A stretch of 63,722 bases of DNA, filler included, from Octopus bimaculoides (lineage: Eukaryota): assembly GCF_001194135.2 (NCBI RefSeq). It is 4 parts of 4 records of this genome, joined end to end, with 100 filler letters (N's around TTAATTAATTAA, not from the genome) between each part and the next. Parts side by side here need not be neighbours in the genome. Positions count along the whole stretch, not along the records: positions 25,739 to 49,167 come from NC_068984.1; positions 49,268 to 60,043 come from NC_069001.1; 2 more parts are not named here. The stretch is one strand, 5' to 3'. Positions 40,285-53,177 of the stretch are shown in pieces (position 1 is the stretch's first letter; every line of letters begins with the position of its first letter). A program made the translations under genes and the position numbers. The notes below the pieces were generated by a model. The model did no database searches and was not told where the DNA came from. It saw only the letters and a program-made list of their open reading frames with translations.

Positions 40285-40400
40285 TTGTTATCATTATATG
40301 AAAACTCAGAACTTATTTTGTTATTTTGCTGGGTATGGATGAAAAGTATCAGCAGTCCACAGTCAGCAGACTAAGGTGATACTAGTTTACTGATCATATT
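40285..40400 (-). mobile_element. Isolated 3' UTR copy of the same LINE family
   Basis: Matches 38710-38800 (gaaaactc..ttattttgctggg..cagcagactaaggtga.ac..gtttactgatcat) with a degenerate AAT tail. Confidence 0.65.
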
Positions 40401-42589
40401 ACTAATGCTTGCCCGGAGTTTTGTGAAGGGGATTTGATCAATCGCAGCAGTTGACTCTAAGTTCAAAATATGAACAAAAAACGACATTTGTAAATATCAA
40501 TAAGGCATTTTGTTCCGATAGTAGACTGTGGCTGCTAATTCACATTCAACCGTTCTCCATTTTAGAATCACATGAATAATTACAAATGTTTAGCATTCGT
40601 TTGACCCAATCTTATCTTGTCCCCATATCTGAGACAGTATTGTGACTATACATACAGACATTCTGGATTCCATGAAATATACTATTTAAGAGACTGGCTC
40701 GAAGTTCCCCACCAATACACCCAAACTATACGTGATATTTCCCCGCTCTGCCCTTCGTACCGCTTCTATTGTGGTCTCTGCCCCCTTCAACTAGCTAATC
40801 TCATTCCACACTCACTTAGAGTTTTCCCAGCATAATATCTCTTTGTGAAGCCTAGTTACCTTGTGATTGAGCTGTCCGTCTCGCAATCATAAAGTTATGG
40901 GATCAAATCCTGCCTCGGAGGACGTGTTGCGTTCATGTGCAAGACACTACGTTTCATGCTGTTTCACTTTCGTCAGCCATAAATAAGTACCAGCTGGCTA
41001 CTGGTGTAGCTTTCTCCTTCTTCTCCTCCCACTTACGTCCTTGATATGCTAGCTGGGTCAATTACGATAAGACTGAGTGGTTGTCTATGTCTGCACACCA
41101 CTACATAACCAACAAAAACATAAGAATATAATACACGTCACTAAGCCGCACTCATTCACCAGTGAAGGCTCTCTATATTACACTACACCCATCTCTTCTC
41201 TTGCCAACGAATCTACACAACGACTGTGTCAAAATGTTCCCGCTATAACTTTGTCCCTCTGGAATTCGTATCTGACCATATCTTTCCTGCAACTATTAAC
41301 TTTTAACTGTTCAAAACGAACACCAGCATTATCAATCTCGTTAATCTCGGAGGATATCAAATCACAATATCACAATTTTAAAACCGAGCTGGTAGCATTT
41401 AGAATCACTTGATTTACATAGCATAATAAGAGTGAGGTCTACGTGGTCATCGGAATTACTAGAGAGAGCAGCACCGTTTCTTTTAACCAGACATTACTAA
41501 TTTAAAGAAAAATACTTTGGTTAATGTAGATTCCAAGATACGTCTTCCTGAATGGTGAGAATGTTATGGCTTGGATTTTTCTGAAAATAGGTTTGAGAGG
41601 TCAAAGATTGACCTGAGACTGAATGACAATAAACATTAATTTAAATATTGTAAATATGCAAAGAAATTCAATTTTGAAACTATTTTATACATATACAATC
41701 CAACCTTAATGTAAATGCGAGCATATATATATATATATATATATTCATTTATAAAAAAGAAGTTTGAAAACGCCAATATATAAAAAATGAATTTTAATTT
41801 AAAATTTTCTCAGAGATAATTTACATGTTTCGGTTCTTGAAAAAACGAACCTTATCAAAAATACATATTTAAAAAAATGTAATTAAAAGAAAAGTTCCTA
41901 ATTGTTCCTGACTGGTGTCAAGAGTCCACGTGGGAGCGTTTTTTGTATGCGTTGACTTGAATCGTTGGTTGTAGTAGTAGTAGTAGTAGTGACCGTGTTG
42001 GTAATGGTAAATGGCAGTGACCTCTCAGGTCCTACACACGACGGAAAGAGGATCAGAGTAACTGTAAACCAAATCCCTTTTTTTACTATCTTCATTTGTC
42101 CCTTGTTTTTTCCCCTCTTAACTCAGTATGACAGAAACTTTGATGATATTCATTTCTTATCGATCATTACTTATACTAATGAGCTTTGTACATTCAAACA
42201 AATTGATGCACAGTTTTATTATCATTGACTGTTATGAACATTTAAGCTTGTCAACATCGAAATTTCTGAACATGTTTTTCTAATTCATAATTCTAAATTT
42301 GTCTGTTTTGAACATTTTAATTTGTCAACATTGATACTTTTAAAGATGTTTTTCTAATTCAAAATTTTNNNNNNNNNNNNNNNNNNNNNNNNNNNNNNNN
42401 NNNNNNNNNNNNNNNNNNNNNNNNNNNNNNNNNNNNNNNNNNNNNNNNNNNNNNNNNNNNNNNNNNNNNNNNNNNNNNNNNNNNNNNNNNNNNNNNNNNN
42501 NNNNNNNNNNNNNNNNNNNNNNNNNNNNNNNNNNNNNNNNNNNNNNNNNNNNNNNNNNNNNNNNNNNNNNNNNNNNNNNNNNNNNNNNN

Positions 42590-42632
<43 letters not shown>

Positions 42633-42829
42633 CTAGTTTATTCAATATATTGTTGAACCAATCTATGACATGCATACATAGGTATAAACATATTTATATA
42701 CATACACACATATGAAGAAAAAGATAGAGAAAAAGGAGAGGGATAGAAAGAAGGTGGAAGGGCACAAGAAGTTTATACATAGAATACCGGAGAAACTGAC
42801 TAGCGAGATGACAATCATAGAGTAATATG

Positions 42830-43230
42830 AAAGATCACTACACCAACTTCTTGAAAGATCTAATTTAGTTCACCCTGCGAAAAACGAATTGGGTGATGTG
42901 ATCAAAAAGTTTTAGAGAAGGGATGAAATTGGTGTAACAGAAGAACAGGACACTTGTCATCGATTGGTCCAACAAAATATTGAACAAACTAGTCTAAAAA
43001 TTCATGCAACTCGACATGTAGAATTTTATCCATCGTTTGGAAAATCCATGCTCATAAAAGCCTTCAGCTTTGTAAAAATATTCCCCATCAATGAACAAAG
43101 AATCATAAAAGGCATGAGAAAGTTCTCTTTCAATAACATAACCCTGGGTTAAGGAAGAAAGTGAACAACATTTCACTGTAATCCTCAGATGATATCTCGA
43201 AGCAGAGTCATGCGAAGAAGCAAAATTATA
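42830..43230 (+). mobile_element. Possible heavily decayed Tc1-like transposase fragment
   Basis: Broken frames resembling the RRIL...KxHxYKxQL segment (RRILSIVWKIHAHKSLQL); weak. Confidence 0.3.
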
Positions 43231-43426
43231 CACTCTTGAAAAATCATTCTAAAAGTGTATTATACTGAGACTTGCAATCTCTCAAAACACGGACAAATTG
43301 AAAGTAATAGAATGAAAAGATGACAGTTTAAATATGAAATGCATCAACTTGAGATATAAAATAAAAAATTATGAAGTTGAGAGAAGGACAACTTCAGGAC
43401 AACAGAGAGAAACAGCACAATTACTG

Positions 43427-43493
<67 letters not shown>

Positions 43494-43590
43494 ACACACA
43501 CATAGGGAAATACCTATGCACAAACATAATACATATACACACACATATATGTATACATATGCATGTATGCATAGGTAATTGCATATTTTG

Positions 43591-43629
<39 letters not shown>

Positions 43630-44136
43630 ATTAAATCTTGGGAGAGGCATTATGCCGGTAATAAACACACGCACTGGTTCAGTCCTTTATATATATATAT
43701 AATAACAATAATAATCCTAGGATTGAATTTGTAAACATTTAAAGCATCGCTTCGCGCGTTTCCACAGATCATATGACTCTTAGGATCACAGTCCGTATTC
43801 CTGGGATGGTTACAGTGTAGTCCGTAGTATCCGAGGGTATCCGGTTGATAATCATCCTTGACTTGTGTCTTCAGGCGATATAACATTGGTGGATGAACCA
43901 CAGAGAGATGTTTTCTCTCTTTTTTTTTACCAGTATGAAGGTCGAGTGAGTTAAGTAGGTATTTCTATGTAGACTGGGTAGAAATGCTTCTTGTCCATGG
44001 TACGTAGATTCCGATATTTTGTTATTACAAGCACATAGTGTGGAGACATAAATTCCATGTGCTGTTCATTCAAAGGAGTCTTTCCAAAATAACCCCTTAT
44101 ATTGAACTCTACTATTTCCGTCTAGTTAACTCTCTC

Positions 44137-44192
44137 ATATCGTCTCTGATGAAGGGATATCCCTAGTATCCCAGAAACAACTGTAAGAATAT
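44137..44192 (+). ncRNA. Candidate minimal type-I hammerhead ribozyme
   Basis: CTGATGA (44146-52), A, stem II GGGATA/TATCCC, A, GAAAC (44174-78), stem III ACA/TGT, GTA cleavage triplet (44183-85), stem I TCT/AGA extended by ATAT/ATAT. Confidence 0.6.
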
Positions 44193-44254
44193 CTTTCTCT
44201 GTGTAAATGTCCTATAAATTCCACACAGCCTTGGTTTTGATGTCTCATCTTATT

Positions 44255-44320
<66 letters not shown>

Positions 44321-45293
44321 GTTTACCATATTACATTTTAGATTTATAAAGCCTCATACCTTGATAGTGTGAGGACTAAGCCCTCCGTTGACAGGCCTCT
44401 TGTACAAACGACCTATTATTGATATTTATTTGACGTCCGGTCAGCAGAGACCCGTCGACTATGACAAAGGATATTACAGTTATGATTATTGAGACTCTCT
44501 ATACGAGGGATTCTACCATCTAAAGTATCCGTCTATATTTAACAATGTATTGTGTAATTTGGTGTACATGTGGTTGCTATTTCTAGTTTTATAGTTGTGC
44601 TTGCTTGCAAAATATATATTTGACAGAAGCAAACACCTCGTTAGCTGAGGATGATAAATGGTCGACTTTAGTGCCATATTAACGGCGATGCAACATCAAG
44701 ATTCTATAGAAGAAGTTGATTTATGCACCCATAACTCTCCGAGCCATTTTAGTTTTACAGATGCATATCACTGTTGTGATCGTCAGCTTTTTTTTACAAC
44801 GATTATGTGTCTCCGTCACGCATGCGATTCATTAGTACAGGGGATTCTAGGACACTGGTGTTTCGTAATGTGTCTTATTAACAAAAAGCACCCGAATACT
44901 TCTGACTGAACACAGAGTCGAGGTAAAGAGGAACTATTTTCGTATGACAAACACAGTTTATTTTGGAATCTGCCGGAAGGTATTGAGAATAAAGACAAGT
45001 CAATATTTCTATCATTTCCATACCATTCTTCCAATTCTCTTATTTGTTTTCTTGTCTAAGCTATATTCGGGGTATTTAGTTAAGGGAGAGTAAGGCTTAG
45101 GTGTACTGTTGTCAATAATCATTTTACATCCGCATGTTTTTTGTGCAAGCTACGGCAAGGCTTGATATGCCCCCGGGTTCACTGGAACAATATTTTATAG
45201 ATGCAGAGAGCAAATCTGGGTATTAAAATGGTAATTTCTTTGTTCGGAACTAAATCACACTAACGCACGACACACATGTACATCCACACACAT

Positions 45294-45338
<45 letters not shown>

Positions 45339-45823
45339 NNNNNNNNNNGAAAGAGAGAGAGAGAGAGAGAGAGAGACGACATAAATATTAAAACGTTTGG
45401 TGTCGAATAAGCCAGCGTCGATTCAGCGACGCCGATTAGTCGGCGTCAAAACGGCCGTGCCAAAACGACCGCACCAAAACGTCTCCTACTCGACTTAATG
45501 GTGTAGTTTTGGAGTCATTAAGCCGTGCCACTTCAGACTGAAACGTGTGGCATTGGAGAAATAAAGGTGTGATATTAATCATTTTTTTGAATATCTCATA
45601 TTATTGATTGCATTTGTAAGTGAATTCGAATTGGAAATGCAACGTTCCAGTGATGCTGCAGTGCGTAGTAAATGCATGCTACTGCACCATAGCATGGTTT
45701 GGTTGTAGTTGCATCATGCTGTTCGCCAACAATCTTATCTCAATAACTGCTCTGACATTCATTAAGAGCTGACAGAATCCTAATAAACACATACAAAGAT
45801 ATACATGCGCATAAACGCACACT

Positions 45824-45862
<39 letters not shown>

Positions 45863-46108
45863 TTACATCACAGCAGTTGACGATTATTCTGTATATTAGC
45901 TTACACTTATCACGTCTATGTTCCTACATCGATATTTACTTACCAAACATCATCACCGTCACAGCCACAAACCGTCACCGACACCAACTAACCCGACCGA
46001 ATGAATACAGAGATGTATTCGCCGAAATATAACCAAATAATTATATATACATATATATACATTACATACATACCCACATACACATATGTACATCATGCAA
46101 ACAAACGT

Positions 46109-46151
<43 letters not shown>

Positions 46152-46260
46152 CATGCACATAGGCATATACACGGATTCACACACATATATAAATATATAG
46201 GAATGCTTATATGTACATATATGCATATAAATACACCCCCCCCACACACACGTATATATA

Positions 46261-46319
<59 letters not shown>

Positions 46320-46759
46320 GACCGTGTATTGATATACTTTTGCGTCTCCCGCTTAAATGTGTGTATTTGTTTGTGTGCATGAGCATCTGTGCGCGCGGGC
46401 GGGTGTAAGTGTGTGTGAGTGTCACCTGATATTTTGAAACTAATATTACCCCAGTTTAGCTGTTATTATAACATATCGATCGCTCTAAAAGTTGTAGTAG
46501 AAATATACCTACATATTAACATGCAAACGTACGCCGTTGTAATATTATAATAGGCACATAGGAATGTATATATGTGTGTGTGTGCGCGGCGTGCGCGCGC
46601 GTGTATATGTACATGTGTGTTTGTGCGTATGTATATATATGTATATGTTTGTATATGTGTATACATCTATGTATATATATGTTTATCTGTATTTCCATCA
46701 CTCTCCACACACACGCGCGCACACCCACCCACATATATACATAAATATAATTGGAGCAT

Positions 46760-46828
<69 letters not shown>

Positions 46829-46925
46829 ATATAAGGTAATATTTATTCTTACTCAAAAGTGGGTTTTGTGTTAGAACACAGAAGAATGCGATAGTTAGCA
46901 TGGGAATAGATGTGATGTTGGTACA

Positions 46926-47308
46926 TAAGCGCACTTGTTTGCGTCACTAGCGGGAAGATAAGTGACTCGCGCTCGGCACTGCCGAGACCACCCGACCACG
47001 CGAACTCGGCCTTCCCTGGCCGCTCGGGGGCGCTGCAGATAGCAGCGATATCTCCAACACAATGTTCACTTTATGTGGGATAGATATTAACTTCTGGTGC
47101 TAAAAATGATATTTTAATAATTCCACTGGCTATTAGGCACACCCGCTATCTATTTAGGCACTGCATATCGCTAGCACAGCTATTGTTGCTATATCCAGCG
47201 TCCAAGCATCTACCATTGACAAGGCCAAGGAAAGCTGAAATCACATGATCTAGTGCCGATGGTGGGGTTTTTTTATCGCCCCGCTAGCGATGTAAACAAG
47301 AGTGCTTA
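46926..47308. mobile_element. MITE-like element, ~383 bp, with imperfect terminal inverted repeats
   Basis: Left taagcgcacttgtttgcgtcactagcgggaagataa versus reverse complement of right end taagcactcttgtttacatcgctagcggggcgataa (29/36). Inner tcggcact/agtgccga; GC/CpG-rich core. Confidence 0.7.
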
Positions 47309-47399
47309 CATGCTCCATAAACCAATATGCGAAGTTTCTCTCATGCTGTATATATCTATATCTATATCTATATACTGTTGAGGCTCAGTCTGTTTATTG

Positions 47400-47800
47400 C
47401 TATGTCTGTAGGCTTTGTAATCTCTCTAAGTGTCGGTTCTATGCGTCGATAATACCTTAGCCCCTATGCTAATAATCGAGCCTCTATGTTCTGCTTGAGT
47501 ATGTTGGTAGAGTACTGACGAGCCTTTCTCGTCTTTGAACTCTCGGCAGTGTTCACCTGTACGCTCCCCCATGTTGCATCCAGTCTGGCCAATATATGTT
47601 GTTGTCATGTTTCTGCACTGTCCTTCAGTGCATCGTAATCTATACACTATATTCCTAGCCTTATAGTTAACCCGTGCGTTCATCCTACATACAATACAAT
47701 TGTTCTCCGTACATTGGGTCCTACCAAAGAGTTAGGTTCTACAGATCAGGCATTTTATAGGGACACCAGGCCTTTCTACTACTTTAATCCATAGAATTAA
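47400..47800 (-). mobile_element. Penelope-like element remnant: Cys motif + GIY-YIG endonuclease
   Basis: QCTENNCIVC followed by NIVYRLRCTEGQCRNMTTTYIGQTGCNMGERTGEH (track ORF 47426..47683), matching the VY..C..C...YIGQT...R..EH pattern. Confidence 0.8.
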
Positions 47801-48206
47801 AGGGTCGAAGGAAAGTGTTACAAGTCTTTTGACGGGTTTGAAGAAAAATGTTTCAAGTACAACAGTTGTTTCCGGGATTTCAGTGGTCCAAAGTAATGCT
47901 TGTAAAGTGATTCTATCGTCGCATGAGACGGGTCTCCGGTGTCAGGGAAGAAATCCAACAGTTGAGATGTTGACATAAAGGAGTTTAAAGATGGGATGAT
48001 ATGTGAGAAACTATATATATATATGTATATACACGTGTATGTATGTATGTATATATATAGTTGATGTCATAAAATATGAACTTAAAGAACGCATGTGAAA
48101 TTATTCCTTTTTTTTTGGAACAGTGAAACTCGAAGCAGATAAAGGTATAAATAATAGCGTATAAACTTGGGGTGTATAACACCCTTTCGGTAGAATAAGT
48201 ACAAGG

Positions 48207-48249
<43 letters not shown>

Positions 48250-48250
<1 letters not shown>

Positions 48251-48530
48251 AAATCCCCCCAAAAAACGAAGAATAAACACAAAATAACAACAACGCGAGG
48301 ACGAGGTACATGTAAAGTATTAGCAGACGCTCAGGGAAGGAGAGAAATATGGTCTAACGTTTCGAGCAAAGCTCTTCTTCAGAAACAGAGGAAAGTCCAA
48401 TAGAAAAGGAAGACGGGGGAAGAAAATCGCTAATGATTCACATGTTACATTTTGAATATATATATTGATGGAAAAGGTAAGACAACAAAAGAAAGAAAGA
48501 GACCTCGATATTCTGTAAATAAAGGGATTT
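48250..48530 (-). mobile_element. Small non-coding PLE-terminal-repeat-like element carrying a hammerhead motif, in (TA)n context
   Basis: Contains the motif at 48352-48386. Lies between (TA)n at ~48208-48246 and, after an inverted repeat, (TA)n at ~48652. Same strand as the GIY-YIG remnant. Confidence 0.55.
48352..48386 (-). ncRNA. Candidate minimal (dimer-type) type-I hammerhead ribozyme
   Basis: Minus strand: GTTT-CTGAAGA-A-GAGC-TTT-GCTC-GAAACGTT-AGAC. Stem I GUUU/AGAC, stem II GAGC/GCUC, loopless palindromic stem III ACGU, GUU cleavage between 48356 and 48355. Confidence 0.65.
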
Positions 48531-49018
48531 ATCTGTAAATAATATGCGACAATTATTCGGTAGTTATGAAAAACTCCGAGTTTCCGCTCCTACATCCAAA
48601 ACTCGGAGTTTTATCATGGCTACCGAATAATTGTCACACATTATTTACAGATATATATATATATATATATATAATAATTTCCCAGAGGATGTAGCAACCG
48701 TTACCAATATAGCATAAGAACTTACCTTAGGAGATCATTAACTAGATTCCTTAAGGGTCGTTCTCACAGTTTATATTTATATTATAAAGTTTTTAACTTT
48801 TAAATTTTCATATTCAAAAGAGACAGACATCAAACTCGATATATCGATTTATTCACCACTCTATGTTAACATTTCTGTGCCAAACTTATCCAGTGACTGG
48901 TCCATTGGATTTAGACATTTGGCACTTCTTCAGGAGTCGTTACCATTCGAACAAAACACGAAAAAACACATACATAAATATTATTAAATCTTTAGAATCT
49001 CGTTAGATTTCGTCTTTG

Positions 49019-49053
<35 letters not shown>

Positions 49054-49267
49054 TATTTATTAAAAAAAAAATTTTTTTTTAAGTTTCAGCTTAGAGCTAC
49101 GGCCATGCTGATGCACCACCATGTTGCTACACTGTTATTACAGGGAGCCTCTTACAATATGTGGTACNNNNNNNNNNNNNNNNNNNNNNNNNNNNNNNNN
49201 NNNNNNNNNNNTTAATTAATTAANNNNNNNNNNNNNNNNNNNNNNNNNNNNNNNNNNNNNNNNNNNN

Positions 49268-49300
<33 letters not shown>

Positions 49301-49304
49301 TCAG

Positions 49305-49440
49305 TTCTACAGATGAGTGAACTGGAGCAACGTGAAATAAAGTGTTTTGCTCAAGAACACAACACAGCCCAGTCCAGGAATCGAACTAACTATCTCATGA
49401 TTATGAGTCCGGTGCTCTTACCACTGAGCTATGCGCCTTC
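49305..49440 (-). mobile_element. SINE family D, 5' part
   Basis: Minus strand gaaggcgcatagctcagtggtaagagc..gttcgattcctggactggg. Confidence 0.75.
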
Positions 49441-49789
49441 ACAAATATGTATATATGTATATAATGAGAGAAAAAAAGAACATGGACTTGCACTTGGTAC
49501 TAGTTTATTTAATCTGTTACATGTGTTTCAGTATTTGGTAACACATGATATCACACTATAGATGCTGTCTGTAGATGCATCTCATAAGGGCAGCATGCAT
49601 AACACAGGAGATGTGTTTTCTTATACTAGTGAGGTACTGGAGTCGACGTAATAGACTACCTGCCACTTATCTCAAAATTGCTGGCTTTGAGCCGAAATTA
49701 GAAGCAGTCATTTTGGTCTTGAAGGTTATTAATTAAAATAATTGATAGATTTTACGTGCAACAGAAGCAGTATTAGATTCAAATAACAG

Positions 49790-50274
49790 TCTGTGTATCA
49801 TACTTAATGTAAATACATGGCTGATAGACAAATTAACTGTGATATTCGTCAGTTGGTAATATCTCTTATGGAGGTACGGTGTTAACAACAAATATATAAG
49901 TAGCAGAGAAAAATTGTCCAGCAACGATAGTGAGAATGCTTGATGCATATTTCTGCTTTGTTGAGCTTTTTCAATAGCCTATACTCACTACCAACGGCAT
50001 GATAAGACAAAATCCGTCGCTAGTGATAGAGGAAAACTGACTGAAAAATCACTGATGTTGCAAGTAGCCGCCCGACTGAATAAAAATTCTGATAAATCTC
50101 ACGAACGTTAAATATACATCTAGCAATACTACTACAGTTGCTGGACGATTTTCGTTTGCTACTGTTATATCTTTGCGTTATTTAACACAGTATGTCCATA
50201 AGAGATATGTTCAGACGAATACCGCAGTGAGTTTGGTTTTGAGCGATGTGTTTGCTTCAAGTATGATACACAGA
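49790..50274. repeat. Long imperfect inverted repeat (arms ~49790-49952 and ~50110-50274), probably an old fold-back element
   Basis: Matched blocks tctgtgtatcatactt, atatctcttatgga and aaaat.gtccagcaac occur in reverse complement. Confidence 0.8.
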
Positions 50275-50594
50275 TCGCTAACTGATGTACTACGTTTACA
50301 TAGCTTGACTGAGAATAAGTCAAAATTTGGATTTTACACGCCACCAAAATATATGTTCCTACACGATTGCACTCACGATTGCTAGATCATGGTTTCGATT
50401 CCCAGATTGGGAAGTGCGTTGTGTTCTTGAGTAGAACACTTCATTTCGTGTTCTTTTATTCCACTCAGCTGTAAATAACACTGCAATAAATTGGCATCCC
50501 GTTTAGGAGGAATGATATGATTGTGGTGATGCGGTCATACTGGGGCACCACATTGAAGAATTCTGGGCCGAATGAAGCGAGCCAGTATTTATGT

Positions 50595-50720
50595 TTTTTT
50601 TTAAAGTCTGGTACTTTGTATATCAGTTTCTTTTGCCGAACCGCTAAAGTTACGGGGACGTAAACATACCAACGCAGATAAGGGGATAAATACAGACAGG
50701 GGCACAAACACAGACAGAAA
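50595..50720 (+). mobile_element. SINE family C, 3' part
   Basis: cttttgccgaaccgctaaagttacggggacgtaaacatacc. Confidence 0.7.
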
Positions 50721-51084
50721 GATACATCGTGCGTGCACGAGCGTGCGCGCACACACACGGTTCGAAATTGCAGGGAGAAAAAAAAACAGAAGACAGAGAC
50801 AGGCGAGGGAACAACAAACAAGTTGTATTAGCTTGACGATCAGGGAAGATGGAACAGTCTTTGATGTTTCGAACCTACGCTCTTCTATAGAAAGGAATAA
50901 GGAAAGAAAACATGGAGAAAAGCAAAAAAAAAAAAAAAACGTAGAGAGAAAATAAGCGTATCTGAATTTAGGGTTTTACATGTTGCACACACACAAACTC
51001 ATGTATATATGAGTATGTGTGTGTATGGGTATGTGTGTGCGTGTGCGTGTGTGTGTGTGTGTGTATACGATGTGTGTGTGTATA

Positions 51085-51215
51085 CGATGAACTTATTTCA
51101 GTTTCCGTCTGCCTAATCCACTCTCAAGTCTTTGGTCAGCTTCAAGCTGTAGTAGAAAACACTTGTCCATGGCACCACGCAATAGGACTGAACCCAGATC
51201 CATGTGGCTGCGGGG
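51085..51215 (-). mobile_element. SINE family B
   Basis: ttcagtttccgtctgcc..aacacttgtccatggcaccacgc. Confidence 0.7.
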
Positions 51216-51317
51216 NNNNNNNNNNNNNNNNNNNNNNNGGGGGGGGGGGGGGAGCAAACTTCTTATCATTCAGTCACGCCTGCGCTTGACTCGATACAGT
51301 AATGTTCGGCAGTTGAA

Positions 51318-51352
<35 letters not shown>

Positions 51353-52680
51353 GGTGGAGGAGGAGGATGAGAAACGTGGTGCTCGAGACTATCTTATTAT
51401 GTTTATTCCTCATAACCCAAGTTTCGGCTCCGTAGAGAATATTGTCATATGTCCAAGCTCTCACAAAGCCGGGACTGGATGGTCACTGCCAGAACGCCTT
51501 TGATCACAGATTTAATCGATCAGAGTTGAGCAGAGGTTAAACAACAACAACAACAACAACGCAGAAGTAATCAAATCAAATATGGTTTCATTAAGGATCT
51601 AATTAACCGAGATTTAGTATCAGAAAATTGTGGTTATGACTTTTCGCATTAAATAACAATCCACCACTACCGCCACTTCAATCACCGCCACAACCACCAC
51701 CACCATGACTACTACTACTACTGCTGTCATTGCTCGCCCCCACCACCATCACCAACACCATTACCCCCAGCACTACTTCGCCCACGATGTCCATCACCAC
51801 CACTACCACTACCACCACCACTACTACCACCACTACTACCTCCACCACCTCTACCACAAGTGCCTCTGAGCCCAAACCATCAGCTCCACAGTATTCCCAT
51901 CACCACTACCACCACCACCAATATATAATCACCACCGCCACTATAACTACCACCACACTTGCCGCCACCACCACCATCACCACTACAACTATTAAGAACA
52001 GGTCGACGGCGGTCACTGCTTAGACCATCATCACTATCACAAACCCCAACCATTCTCTCTACTACCACTACCACCAATACAACAATACTTTCAATATTTC
52101 CACTACTACTACTACCACCACCACCACCACTGAGACCACCAATACGATGACGGCTACAACAACTTCAAGACAACTGACGCCACCCCACCACTACTACCCC
52201 CACCATCACCACCAGCGCCGCCACGACAACGACGACGACCACCACCACCACCACCACCAACACTACCACCACCACCACCACTACCACCACCACCACCACC
52301 AACACTACCACCACCACCGATGTCACTACATTTTCGACATGGACTCCATCATCGCCATCCAATAACAATGAATCAACGACGAACGAACCAATCAGCATTG
52401 AGATCACCACCGCCACAGCCACAGCCACCGTCAAATCACCACTACCACCACCACCACCACCACTATCACCATCGCTATTGTGCCTCTCCTATCATTGTCC
52501 TACAGTAAATATTTCAGAGATCCATAAATCGTTTAATTAACCTCTCAGATACTACCGTTGAATATGTGATTCCCCAACAGTCTTGCACCCCACCCCACCA
52601 CAAACACCCACAAACACAAGCACACTTATTCATACATGGTTTTGCTTCAGCCTCACTTCTTTCTTTCTTTCTTTCTTTCT

Positions 52681-52727
<47 letters not shown>

Positions 52728-52734
52728 TATTATT

Positions 52735-53177
52735 TTCCCTTTCATCCTTTCGGGATTGATGTTAGCATGAGTACCAGTTGAGCACTGGAGTCGATGTAAT
52801 CGATTAACTCCCTAAAACCACAGATCCAGGCCTCGTTGTCTACAGTAGAAAAGGAAGTCCTAGCTTCCACAGTAGATATTCTAAAACAGAAACGATACAC
52901 AGAACATTAGCATGGCCATACGCAAGGACGACACGCAAATTCATGATGCCATGAAGCGTTTAATATTTTAAGGTGGAGAGCTGGCAGAGTCGTTAGGACA
53001 CTGGGCAAAAAGCTTAGTGGCAGTTCGTCTGTCTTTACGTTCCGACAAATTTCACTGAGGTCGACTTTGCCTTTCATCCTTTCTGGGTCGATAAAATGAG
53101 TACCAGTTAAACACTGTGGTCGATATAATCGACTTGCTTCCTTCCCCAGAGTACAAATATGCGAAGCCCAGTATACC
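52735..53177 (+). mobile_element. Two SINE family A copies (3' half 52735-52857; near full 52971-53177)
   Basis: ttcatcctttcggg..gtaccagttgagcactggagtcgat and gaggtcgactttgcctttcatcctttctgggtcgataaaatgagtaccag. Confidence 0.75.
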
